NCBI GenBank assembly: GCA_002811645.1
Contig: PDIP01000099.1
Span: forward strand, 1-55,945
Reading direction: 5' to 3'
Source of the DNA: Corallochytrium limacisporum Hawaii
Lineage: Eukaryota > Protista > Pluriformea
Length of the DNA: 55,945 nt
Shown: one piece after another, positions 10,301-19,746 of the stretch
Layout of the letters: each line of letters opens with the position of its first letter
Position numbering within the stretch: the stretch's first letter is position 1
Notes under the pieces: generated by a model
Seen by the model: only the letters and a program-made list of their open reading frames with translations
What the model was told of the DNA's origin: nothing
Databases searched by the model: none
Program-made: the position numbers and the translations under genes

Positions 10301-12540
10301 AAATTGATCATTCATTTATGTTGCATATCGCTCCAGACCATCACGTCCAGGCTGTAGCTGCGCAACGTACTTCTGCTAGCCATAAACATCGCCACGGGTT
10401 ATCGTATCAGGCCCAACCTGAGGATCCTGACGTGGCGGACATCGACTTAGATACACTGTACTGCGAACAGGTCTACGTGACATTGCGGGGATCTAGTCCC
10501 ACAACCGATGGGCTTCGATTGGTGCTGCAATTGCCACTAACTGGACCTGTGATGCGAGCCGGTGTCGTGACACGGAAGCCACAGATTACTATTGGAGGTG
10601 CCCCGTACAACTTTCCAATGCGCAAGCTGCAGTACTTGAGCCACAGGGAAACACAGAAATTCAACGGCGACCCACGCTTGGTCCGAGAAACAGAGGAAGC
10701 ATTCCAGAAGCGCTTCGAAAGGGACAATGGACAAGTAGCGTCCACGCCCATAGATCTCTTAGACACAGAGACACCGCCGACATTGGAAGCGCGAGATGGA
10801 TCTACCCGCGATGCCACCATCTACGGTTCGTCTTGCCTACAGGTCTTGCGTATTGAGGGCCTCGTTGACATTGCTTTGATGGGGTACCAAGGCAATGTTC
10901 AGCAGGTAGGTGACATTGTACCGGCATCCCTCAGTGTGGCATCAGCGGGAGGCAACACTTTACGCATAACCGATGCCAGGTCTTCCGAGGGTCCGCTATC
11001 GTTATTTGCTGCGGTATTCAATGCAATTACCGTATCTGTGACCAATCGGGAGAGCTTTGTCATTGATGGTCTGGAGATCGAATTGCGCGCCGCCCCTGGT
11101 CGAAGCGGAGCTGGCAATACCGAGACGGTACTCTTTGCTGCCCAGCCTGACTTTGCTGAAGCTAACTTGAATCACTTATCGCTTTCTGCCACGCGCAGCC
11201 TGGGCAAGACGCGCTTGAAACCCGGAGAATCGGTCACGGCTACTTTGTTCATTCACCCTGGAAAGAACCCTCGGCGCCTGAAGGTTACCACGGCTGTGCG
11301 ATACAAGCTCACCTCGGCCATGGAGCAACGGGGCGTAGGTGCAAATATCGCACACCAGCAGCAACAGCGCACGTCGAAGGAAATGGATCGTTTCGTTGAA
11401 ACTATCCCGGTGTTACAGGCTTCGTCTCGTCTTCTCAACCCGAGCTCCATGGCTTTGCTTAGCTGTGCAAGTGGTATGTCGCATGGCAACGTGGTTTCCC
11501 CAATGCAAATGCAGCAGGAGCAATCGCAGGAGGCCTTGCACTCACCCGAACCGTTCAAAATGTTGGCTCGGCGAGTGTCTTCCATCGTAGACAGTGAAGC
11601 CGCCATCCTGCGACCGGCCAGCAGCTATCTGCTGCACATCGACCTTGTACCTCGTCTCGGTCTGGCGTGGGCGCCCACAAATAGTGGAAACGGCAGTAGC
11701 ATTGGTGGCCATGTCGTGACTCTGCACGATTTAAGCCTGCAGATCATGTCCACTCTACAGCCTTTCGTGAAGAGGGTGGCGTATGTGGACTCGGCCACGG
11801 GACAACACGTGCCCCTCACGGCGAAAAATTCAGCTGAGGGTGGGGTGGAACTCGTTTTTAAGCCTGAAGGCGTTGTTCAACTCCTCCGGGACGCACCTTT
11901 CGTCCTTGTCTTTGTGATTGACACTCCGCCTGAGTTTCCGTCCATGGCTGCCTCCACTATTGGACTGGAACTACCTGATCTGGGTACCCTACGCCTGACT
12001 TGGAGCATGCTGCCCGTCGGCAGCCCCACAACTGCGGCGGATGCCGCCCAGCACTCCAACTCACTCGCACTCCACCTCCCTCCTGTAGCGGTCATGCCGC
12101 CATCTGCGGTGATCTCTCCGCTGTACAACGCGCTAAGCTTTGGCCCACGGCGTGAGTTGATCAGTGTGCATGCTAAGGTACCAGATCTATGCAAGCAGCG
12201 CGAGCCTCTGCACATAGTCTACACCCTGCGAAACGTCAGTCCAGAAATGTGTAGCATCACGCTAGTGCTACAAGGCGCGGAGGGATTCGTGTGTAGCGGG
12301 CTGCAGCGCTCGACCGTATCGCTGGCTGGCTATGGTTCGGTTACGCTCGAACTGACGACGGTACCGTTAGTCTGCGGTCGTACCACACCACCGTACTATG
12401 ACATTTCCGCTGTGCCCATGGGCCCAGTCACGGTCGGTGCGGACGGGTTTTCGGAAGGTCCAGACTTTGCGGTGAGCATCCCGGAACCATTGAATCCCGT
12501 GCTCTTCATTCAACCAGAAACAACTGCAGAAGGATCGTAA
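7318..12540 (+). CDS. TRAPPC11: Trafficking protein particle complex subunit 11 (Foie gras/Gryzun), 1740 aa
   Basis: GILKEDWIYKHQSIIPGLAVVFARLEW, KLGFYCE...ALDYY, ELKTVAMYFNYKIC and W-L-A-x-Q-x-x-x-F-A resemble the TRAPPC11 N-terminal region. The C-terminal beta-rich GFVCSGLQR...L.TVPLVCG segment fits Gryzun. Confidence 0.85.
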   Translation: MSSFYSNLRDLVSPARPLMAFYGLDIEGSDSRLFKLFLRPYSAENKTLTEDANMRSGQAPPLRYRICRNEETFPAPKYGQQTVRPRAPPGILKEDWIYKHQSIIPGLAVVFARLEWTDEDFDSRAEALGQKINHIRKAMQGAKRTNILDPAPLGESGGAQTNLDPLSQAQASRAGGSTDAIPQRDNAADAEPDQSVQRAPRVVVVLLQNERAISHEVVAKPAALLRKHAGLRERGELLYVPAVDECRDEELLGYVRRLQTSFINAAKEYYERRLADYEFLCDEAERLRQKDRNIRLLWKLGFYCEIIDNRERALDYYKTAMGRIYALINLEEASQPARGSQGSSVRNASVGQEPTAVNTSQPLLNRVVELKTVAMYFNYKICCLCAKESFEEARFAYETFIRRLNVNSLTVMEPFYVWHHLTWLALQHQLFAFIVQSSFAIEGTQMDVDTEDVSPEQGPVNRHIGYYFLEAASLTMQREEFWSANGIQLLAQIHQRNTGATTPGGKTAMDLLDLAARSETYGLVGTIPYYLTYPDATADRMSKDFVPSDRLVLELNRFLIPTTTHSGRTLRRLSSAPIDLDASGPQDERPYRSDAYVGVITSSKEEWKWILEQLTELGVESGGATYLSLPGPSASVVEEREKYLRLALVWLQSRTMHTDVAGTMLKRCLYFFEKFHCVRTLHRVELLEADIMLKDLSNPRRAATSSDHEIVYAKALKKYLHAARHLRQDARAARLCKLNAKLRTCSFYCVDMRSHLESLYCEAADPGLEATSRGEAQNAMATLLSGNVPPVPPALANVDPAVLRNIQLRWSSALQEFLTGMGLPHATRHDSTISNVSMDSMGPLSPPPILSASIDGDSLIASSLPQGGHVPAVLTIRLGGGQSKAPLTRHLPQGALADEISRGGLNSTISDITQQDHTDADLHYSLLEAKAGFGSPVIYEGDTARLDVTLMSRSTEPLIFDRVNVLFNMTAYDPQGVWKAASQDGGVIKLIPGEKIDHSFMLHIAPDHHVQAVAAQRTSASHKHRHGLSYQAQPEDPDVADIDLDTLYCEQVYVTLRGSSPTTDGLRLVLQLPLTGPVMRAGVVTRKPQITIGGAPYNFPMRKLQYLSHRETQKFNGDPRLVRETEEAFQKRFERDNGQVASTPIDLLDTETPPTLEARDGSTRDATIYGSSCLQVLRIEGLVDIALMGYQGNVQQVGDIVPASLSVASAGGNTLRITDARSSEGPLSLFAAVFNAITVSVTNRESFVIDGLEIELRAAPGRSGAGNTETVLFAAQPDFAEANLNHLSLSATRSLGKTRLKPGESVTATLFIHPGKNPRRLKVTTAVRYKLTSAMEQRGVGANIAHQQQQRTSKEMDRFVETIPVLQASSRLLNPSSMALLSCASGMSHGNVVSPMQMQQEQSQEALHSPEPFKMLARRVSSIVDSEAAILRPASSYLLHIDLVPRLGLAWAPTNSGNGSSIGGHVVTLHDLSLQIMSTLQPFVKRVAYVDSATGQHVPLTAKNSAEGGVELVFKPEGVVQLLRDAPFVLVFVIDTPPEFPSMAASTIGLELPDLGTLRLTWSMLPVGSPTTAADAAQHSNSLALHLPPVAVMPPSAVISPLYNALSFGPRRELISVHAKVPDLCKQREPLHIVYTLRNVSPEMCSITLVLQGAEGFVCSGLQRSTVSLAGYGSVTLELTTVPLVCGRTTPPYYDISAVPMGPVTVGADGFSEGPDFAVSIPEPLNPVLFIQPETTAEGS

Positions 12541-12639
12541 GGAAACGAGGTTATAAGAATACACTTAGTAGCAGAAAAAGTAGTATTGCAGCCGATGAAT
12601 TTCAGAATGTGTGAAGCATTTTATTGGTCATTCTTATTC

Positions 12640-15147
12640 TTACGTCTTACCGGCGACTCTGTCGATGCGCTCCGTCAAAGCCGCGAGCTGCTTTTCGAGG
12701 TCCTCCACCTTGGCTTTGTATGCACTGACCTCTTCTAGGTAGTACAGCGCGTGCTCCCGCAAGATTGCCATCCAAGCCTCCTGGCTCGTGGGCAAGACCT
12801 CGCGCATAGCACGGAGGGCGGCACGGGGATCGGCTTGCTCTAGCAGCTTTTTCATGTCCTCGTCAAGTTCCAGGCCCTTCATGGCCGCAGCAGCCAGTGC
12901 CTGGATCTCTGACACGCTCATCTGTTCCAGATCTTCCAGGGACATGTCTTCAATGTTCACCGGCATATCGTTAGTGACGAAAGGTATGCCACCTGCATCC
13001 CCTACCACTGCGGAGTCGTTAAGCAGTGTCTGCTGCATGTGCACCACGTCTCGTTCCAGGTTTACTACCTCAAAGAGCAGCAGGAAATCCAAAGCAACCA
13101 AAATGGCTGCAATAACTCCTAGCACAACGGTTGTGCGCCACATCAACTGGCCAGTATCGCCGCCGAACAATTTGAAGCCAAAGACTTCTATGACACCTTC
13201 TTCACCTTCCTTTGCGCTCACGCCTTCGCCGGGGGTAATGAGTGCGTTGGCCGCCTTCTTTCGCTGTGCTTCCACGTCGCTCTTCCTGCGGTCCGTCTCA
13301 AGGCTCCTCATCAGCGCGTCAAGTTCCGCCTGACCCTTCGATAATTCTTCATCTATACGCGCGCAGTGTGCCTTTAAATCTTCCCATGTCGCGCTCTCAA
13401 TCATTGTTTTGACTGCACTCCACAGCTCCTTGATGTAGTGAATGTGTGCCGTGACAACCAGACGGGCCCTGCCAGTATCAATGTCCTGAATGCAGTAGTG
13501 CATGATGACGGAGAAGGAGGAACCATAGGGGACCTCCGGAGTGGAGTGTTCGACATGAACACAGCGACCATTGCCGGATGAGTGATACCGCTGATCTTCC
13601 AGTGCCCTCGTCTTCTTCGGTCCGATCGGTTTGTTTTTCAAAGGCAATACGTAGCTCACCTGGCGCGTTGCATTCTCCTTGAAGTCCCACTGGGGCCATT
13701 GGATCTCTGTGCGGTCTGGGTACATATGCTCGAGGAACAGAGACAGGTTTCCAAACAGCAGCTCACACATTCGCTGCCCGTCAATATTGTACTCTTCATT
13801 GTGCAGTACCCGATCCGCGGAAATGTTACACGGTTCTCCAGTCCGTACGTCGGTATCCACTGTCTTGCCAGCAGCGTCCAGGACAGGATCTCTTGAGGTG
13901 CTTCTGGAGGAGAGTTCTTCATCCTCGTCTCTCTCTTCCAGGGGCGAACTCAAGGGGTTCGCCAGCAGACTGTATACCATGCCTGACAATGTGGATCTGC
14001 GTGTTCCCGTTGACGCAACGGAAGTTCCGTCCGGGTCGCTCTGTGAGCGTTTGCGCATGGCCCTTGTCTTACCTTCGTCATCCCGGGTGCCAATCGTGCC
14101 CCGCGTATTGCGCATGGCATCCTGGTCCGTGTTTGCATCTCTGTCCTGTGAGACATCAGCATCACTGCCAGTCAAACTGGTCAGTGCTTTTGAGACTAGG
14201 TTGCCAAGGAAAGATCCCTGGCGATCTGTTACCTTGTGCGGGACCTTTTGCGGTGACTTTCGCAATGCTCGCTCTGCAGTGGCCCGGTGCCCTTCGCCGC
14301 CACCACCCTTCTTGCTAACTTCTGTGTTCTTCAATTCGTCGCCAGAGTCTCCGCTCTTTTCGTCGCTGTCACTACCATTCCTCTTGCCCTCAGCGCTGTG
14401 ACCGGGTTCACCAGTGTTCCCAGACGTGCGCCTGCTCGGGCTTTTGCTGTCTTCGCGGAGCAAATCTCCGGATCCCATGGACATGTGGTCGTCCGTAGCT
14501 GTATTACTCATAGTTTCATCTTCTTCGTCCTCAAAGAAAGGCTCGTGCATTTCCATTTGCATTAATCGATCGTATTCGTCGTTTTCAGCGCCTGCGCTGA
14601 TGGCCAATTTCCAAAGGTTCACAATCTTGCGATATGCGGCATCACGGCTCAAAAAGCTGGCAAATAGGTAGGTCTTCCCTTCCGTCTTTATACTCAGTGC
14701 ATTTGGAAACACCACAGCGTACCTCTGCTTGGTGATACTCTTTATGTCAGCCAAACGGAGCACCAACTTTTTCGAAATTGGTGAGCCATGGAAACAGAGA
14801 TAGTTCGCACTTATGTATAGTTTACCTTGAATCAGAACGGACTCTTCAAGAGCACACAGAAATGTGTGCAACACATGCTCATTATATGGGAGGTCAGTTC
14901 CGAAGTAGTTTCGAAACCGTTTGTCTGCTGCGCGCTTCTTTCGCATCATGAGCCTCTGTGTTCCCTCAACCGGTGTACCACTGCTAAGGAGGTTGGGATT
15001 TTGTCCCGGAGCTGGCGCAGATGTCTGTAAGGCTAATGATTCAGAAGTGGCAGGCTCCTGAACCTTAACCGGTATCGTCCTCTTGCCGTTGTCTCCATCT
15101 GCGCCGTCAGGCAGTGGCTGGCCAGTCTGTTCTGTTCCTGAAGTCAT
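12640..15147 (-). CDS. GRAM + VASt/StARkin domain membrane-anchored lipid transfer protein (GRAMD1/Aster/LAM family), 835 aa
   Basis: GRAM motif (CAL...QGKLYISANYLCF; VFPNALSI; YLFASFLSRDAAY), VASt motif (TPEVPYGSSFSV..HYCI), one hydrophobic TM segment and a C-terminal coiled coil. Confidence 0.9.
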   Translation of the reverse strand: MTSGTEQTGQPLPDGADGDNGKRTIPVKVQEPATSESLALQTSAPAPGQNPNLLSSGTPVEGTQRLMMRKKRAADKRFRNYFGTDLPYNEHVLHTFLCALEESVLIQGKLYISANYLCFHGSPISKKLVLRLADIKSITKQRYAVVFPNALSIKTEGKTYLFASFLSRDAAYRKIVNLWKLAISAGAENDEYDRLMQMEMHEPFFEDEEDETMSNTATDDHMSMGSGDLLREDSKSPSRRTSGNTGEPGHSAEGKRNGSDSDEKSGDSGDELKNTEVSKKGGGGEGHRATAERALRKSPQKVPHKVTDRQGSFLGNLVSKALTSLTGSDADVSQDRDANTDQDAMRNTRGTIGTRDDEGKTRAMRKRSQSDPDGTSVASTGTRRSTLSGMVYSLLANPLSSPLEERDEDEELSSRSTSRDPVLDAAGKTVDTDVRTGEPCNISADRVLHNEEYNIDGQRMCELLFGNLSLFLEHMYPDRTEIQWPQWDFKENATRQVSYVLPLKNKPIGPKKTRALEDQRYHSSGNGRCVHVEHSTPEVPYGSSFSVIMHYCIQDIDTGRARLVVTAHIHYIKELWSAVKTMIESATWEDLKAHCARIDEELSKGQAELDALMRSLETDRRKSDVEAQRKKAANALITPGEGVSAKEGEEGVIEVFGFKLFGGDTGQLMWRTTVVLGVIAAILVALDFLLLFEVVNLERDVVHMQQTLLNDSAVVGDAGGIPFVTNDMPVNIEDMSLEDLEQMSVSEIQALAAAAMKGLELDEDMKKLLEQADPRAALRAMREVLPTSQEAWMAILREHALYYLEEVSAYKAKVEDLEKQLAALTERIDRVAGKT

Positions 15148-16340
15148 ACTTGATTTGTTTGAGTCAACAACAGTTGTTCCTTTCTATTGCCAGTGTTGGC
15201 CCGTGAATGTCACCCTGCAACAATTAGGTCTTCATACTTACTCTTCGCTTACTCTCAAAATGAACCTATAGAAGCTACCCTGTGTTCCTATCTACTTCAC
15301 ACAACGATGATCCGTTGGCTGACTATGCCCGAGGCACGCTATCTCGAATACCTCTAGCAACATGACTAGAACTGTGCAGTATGTACAAAGAGCCCTGTAT
15401 CCACTGCCAACCATGACGAGGTGACAGAGTAAAAGCAGATCGTGGATTTTTGTTATCACCTGCAAATCGTCACTGAGAACACAGCGCTCTCTGTGTTGTG
15501 AAATATACAGAATTCAGACAGGGGCGACACAGTCCTCAGGTGCCTCCTCCGCCCCTTCGCTCCCCCCCCCCTTTCGTCTTCTCCCTCCCAACCAGAGAAA
15601 AGCTTAACGTACGCCAATGCTCCACACACCCGCGCAGCGACCGTACGCAGTCAATGGTGTGTCTTCCCCAATGGCCTCACCACTCTCGTTCGAAGCAAAG
15701 CAAGGGAACGATTGGGGGGGGGGGTTGGTGGCTCCCCCCTTGTCGGCAGGCAAACGGAGGGTGAAACGAAGAAGAACGCTGCTTATGGCCAAACGGGCAG
15801 AGTTGAAAAAAAAGGGGGACCCCTTAGACACTGTGATTTGTCTACTGCGAATCAAAGGCAAAGTAAACAAAACTTCTGAGAGAGCGCAAGAAGTTGGGGA
15901 GAGATGAGAACAAAGCTTCTTTTCTGTGCACAACACCGGCCGAACGACCAAAAAAAAAGTGGGAGGGCGGTAGGTAGAAAAAGACCTGGAGAGAGAGAGG
16001 GGGAGGTGGGAGCGGTGGTTCCGCGAGGGAGGGGACAGGTAACCGCACAGGATTATCCTGTGGGTTTTCTTGGTCTGAACGTTGAAGAAAATCTTTTTGG
16101 GGTCAGTACGTTCAGTATGAATTAGTGACCCATTCAGTCGCGGGCCCGTTAGTCTGCCGTTACGCAGTGCGCTCCATCGCTACGAACAAGACAGGGGGCG
16201 AGGGGCAATGGAGGCGCCAAGGGGAGTGGGGTCGTGACACGACATGTGAATTTGTTGGAAAAGCGACCTGAAAATATTTTTTTCGGTTGCCGACGTAAGA
16301 CAGTACCGGGGCAAGGGAAACCCCGCGAGGAGGTACCGTG

Positions 16341-16376
16341 ACACACACACACACACACACACACTCACTCACTCAC
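16341..16376. repeat. (AC)n microsatellite grading into (TCAC)n
   Basis: acacac...acactcactcactcac seen directly. Confidence 0.9.
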
Positions 16377-17469
16377 GTACAGGAACAACCATGGCCAAAG
16401 ACAACAGAGAGATTGCGGAAATGAATTGCACTGGGGAAAAGGGAACGGTCCAACTCACCCACACACACACACACACATCCACAACACAAACACACCCCCA
16501 AACGATGAAAACACGGTTGCGAGACAAGGATGATGGGGTTTTCAAACGTGGCGACTCAGCCCGTTTGCATACACACACGACCGCAGGTTTGAGGGTGCCA
16601 TATTTCACTGGGAGGAAAGACGGGAGGCGGGGAAAGCAAGGAGAGTGAATTTGCACGGGAAATGATGCCGCCTCCGGTGCGAAGGGGTACGGCTGGTGTG
16701 GTGTCTGCAGATGGCTGCCAGAGATACCAAGCAAACCGAAGATCGAAGAACCGTGGACCGGAACAGGCAAGCGTAAACGGCAGACAGTGAGAAACTGTCG
16801 CCGGTTATAGCGAATGTACCGGTTGTGCAGAGTGACCGATTAAAAAAGGCAAGAGATGTGCGTAGGGTGAGGGTGAGGAAACAGGCGTATCGTGTTTACC
16901 TATCAACAGTTCCTCTGCATGGGCTGATAGGCCCCCTGCGTGTGTAACAGTTGCGCATGAATAGTCTAAGTTTCAGGCGAGATTAATTTTCACAGCCTCA
17001 GGACTTTCTGCTGCTGTGGCAAGGAGAATTTCACTGTCTGCCGCCGTACGGTACTTACTTAATATACTGGATAAAAGGGGAGTCTGGGAAAGGGTGTCGG
17101 TGGAATCCAGACAGTTGGCACACAAAGTCCACGTAGTCCCTTCCCAGCCCCCCCTTCTTCCGGCAAAAGCATCGATCCGTTTTTTTTTTGCTTTTTATCG
17201 TTCATCAAACCCCCTTTCTCTACTACCCGGTCGGCCTGCCCCTTCCCAACTTTTACCTACCCCCCCCCCACGGCGGGCCCTGGGCGCGGTTGGCCACGCC
17301 TGAGTTTTTCTCGCTGTTCGGGTTGTCCCTTGTTCCGGTGCCAATCGGTCCCGTCGCGCACCCTGTTTATCCTATCATTCCTTTAGCCGTCACCCTTTGC
17401 CAATTCTCTGCGTTCGGGGCAAGGCAACTGACTGTCAACTGGGGACAACCCGAAGCACAGAGAAAAGAA

Positions 17470-17473
<4 letters not shown>

Positions 17474-17500
<27 letters not shown>
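17474..17500. repeat. (AC)n microsatellite
   Basis: Seen directly. Confidence 0.9.
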
Positions 17501-17601
17501 GTCCCAAAGTCCATCGCCCTGCTCCCGGTCTTGTGGTTCCACACCCACCCGCGGTGTGGTGTCTCGCTACCCGACCTAAGAGGGAGAGAATATGTGATTG
17601 C

Positions 17602-17630
17602 GAGTGAGTGAGTGAGTGTGTGTGTGAGTG
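17602..17630. repeat. (GAGT)n grading into (GT)n, the inverted counterpart of 16341-16376
   Basis: gagtgagtgagtgagtgtgtgtgtgagtg seen directly. Confidence 0.85.
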
Positions 17631-18483
17631 TCATGTGCTGGTAATGCGGAGGAATGTTCCCGGAGTGTCAGGTGTGGGCAATGGGCTTGGGAAGGAGTGG
17701 GGAGCCGCTAAAGCGGTCAGCGGGTTAAGGGGAGTGGGAGCAAACTTTGGGGAGGGGGGGGGTGTGGGGGAGGGGGAGAGAGTCACGGGGCTGCCCACCC
17801 TTCCTCCCCACCCTTCGCTCTCTCTTACCCACCAGCGGCGGCCCCCCCCCCGCCGGGGGATCCATCTTTGCCCTTGACTCTCTTGACTCTTCCCCGGGTG
17901 GCCCTCTAAAGGTTGCCCTTTTCGTCAGTAGACTCCGCCCATTCGGGAGAGGATGCGCCCGCCCGTCAGTTTTCGGTAGTGAATATACCGGCATTTCTAG
18001 CAATTTGAATTCCAACTTCATAGATTAGGATAATGGAGTTTCCACCCGCCCGCTGTGGGGGGGGGATGGGGTTTATTACTATGAATGCACCCCTCTTGCT
18101 GTCTTACCCGTATTTGTTATACGGGCAGTAATAATGTCTGGCGCCGTGGCCGTCTTGACTCTCAGTGACGAGGTGGCCAAAGAGGGAAGAGAGAGGGGAG
18201 ACTTTTTCGAACCCTTCCCTGCCCCCGCTCTTCCGGCGACACGCGACGGGCCGGGGGACAGTGAATGGAGGAGCCGGTATTATCGCTTTCGGAACCGTTT
18301 TGTTATGTAGCAGGTACTTGGTGTATAAGCAGGTGCAATTGAATTTCCATAGAATGCCCTTGAACATGTCCTACATCTGCTGTGGATGGGTCATGCGGAA
18401 GCTGTACAAAATGACCTTCTTTGTGTGATGAAGAGTTTGTTTTACATGTGTATATCCCGAGAGGAGAAACAATAGATCTCACA

Positions 18484-19689
18484 ATGTTGTCTAGGATCTG
18501 GAGGGTTAGGGACACTATGGCTCCACGGCAGTGGTTACCACTGACAACATTTGCCGGCCTTGCCATGCCTATGAGCACCGTGTCGCCCCCGGATCCTAGT
18601 CAGAAATTTCAGGGTATCTCGGCCTCGAAGGGGGCAAGCACGCTTGACATTGAGCGTGATGAACTGCAGGCAGTTCAACAACGTTCAAACCGTCGGGAAT
18701 CTAATTCACAGCATACAGGGCCCCACGCGTATACTGCAGAATCAGATACGATTAACCTTTCAGCGTGGGCCAAACGGAAAAGACTGTCCGTTCCCAACCC
18801 TTACGGCGATGGTCGGTTTGTACTTCGGACCATTCAATTCAGCCCAGGATTGCGACGGCCTGTACTATTGGACTATGGCCAACCTGGTGTGATTCGGTCC
18901 GTGTTTGACCGAGATTATCTTGAGTACGGGTCTCTGGTCAAAGAGTCAGTTGAGGATGTCGAGAAGGAAAGATCGTTCAATGGGCCCTTGTCGGGAGAAG
19001 ATGGCGCCAACAGGGAAAATGGAACCGAAGGACAAGGTATGAAAGACGATGGAAACGATGATGACGATGGGGACGATAAACATGGTCTGGAGGAGGCCTT
19101 AGTGCTGGACATTGAGGACTCCGAGCCCGAAAACCAAGAGATTGGTGTCCAGATGACCGGCAACTTGGGGGGCACCCGTGACATCCGAGAACTGCGCGAT
19201 GCATACATGGCAGCCTTGGGTGAGGATAAGGGAAGTGATCTTTCTGAAAATGTGTTGATCGAACAATTAAAAGCTGGTTTCATACCCGAGGAACTCATCG
19301 ATACACAGTTCGTCTACGGCGGTGGCAAGGGTGGCCAGGCTGTAAACAAGACACGCAACAAGGTACAGCTCACGTTCAAGCCGGTCTCCATCGTTGTCTA
19401 CTCTCACCAGCATCGCAGTGCGTTCCACAACAAACGAGAGGCGTACAAAAAATTGGTTGACAAGGTACGTGAAGTGTACTTGGGCACGTCGCAAACGGAC
19501 GCGTACCAGGAGGCTCAGAGACAGCGTCTCTCAAAACAGGCACAGGCAGCCAAGAGTCGGAGTCGTCGCGAGAAACGGGAGTTGGCCAAGCAGCGCTACG
19601 AACGAGAAATCCTGGTTGAGCAAATCCAGAAACGGGCCGCAGATAAGAACCGCTACCGACGCGAAAAAGTCAAAGATTCTTTCAAATAA
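18484..19689 (+). CDS. Class-1 release-factor (GGQ) family protein, mitochondrial rescue factor MTRFR/C12orf65-like, with long N-terminal extension
   Basis: EELIDTQFVYGGGKGGQAVNKTRNKVQL...HRSAFHNKREA followed by a basic C-terminal helix, with no codon-recognition domain. The first ATG (18484, MLSRIWRVR) looks like a mitochondrial presequence; the ORF track start at 18421 is TTG. Confidence 0.85.
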   Translation: MLSRIWRVRDTMAPRQWLPLTTFAGLAMPMSTVSPPDPSQKFQGISASKGASTLDIERDELQAVQQRSNRRESNSQHTGPHAYTAESDTINLSAWAKRKRLSVPNPYGDGRFVLRTIQFSPGLRRPVLLDYGQPGVIRSVFDRDYLEYGSLVKESVEDVEKERSFNGPLSGEDGANRENGTEGQGMKDDGNDDDDGDDKHGLEEALVLDIEDSEPENQEIGVQMTGNLGGTRDIRELRDAYMAALGEDKGSDLSENVLIEQLKAGFIPEELIDTQFVYGGGKGGQAVNKTRNKVQLTFKPVSIVVYSHQHRSAFHNKREAYKKLVDKVREVYLGTSQTDAYQEAQRQRLSKQAQAAKSRSRREKRELAKQRYEREILVEQIQKRAADKNRYRREKVKDSFK

Positions 19690-19746
19690 AATGGTGGAGG
19701 TTTATAGTAGTCTACTCAAAATCTTGGTCGCCTTCATTATGTCGGC

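Larger units (their letters stand above)
15530..18300. promoter_or_regulatory. Divergent intergenic region with GC islands, G/C homopolymers and CA/GT microsatellites
   Basis: Lies between the head-to-head GRAM-VASt (-) and release-factor (+) genes. All ORFs here are low-complexity. Confidence 0.5.

Noticed and set aside
18502-18511. AGGGTTAGGG telomere-like word (also AGGGTTAG near 49031)
   Set aside because: The first lies inside a CDS, and both are short enough to arise by chance.
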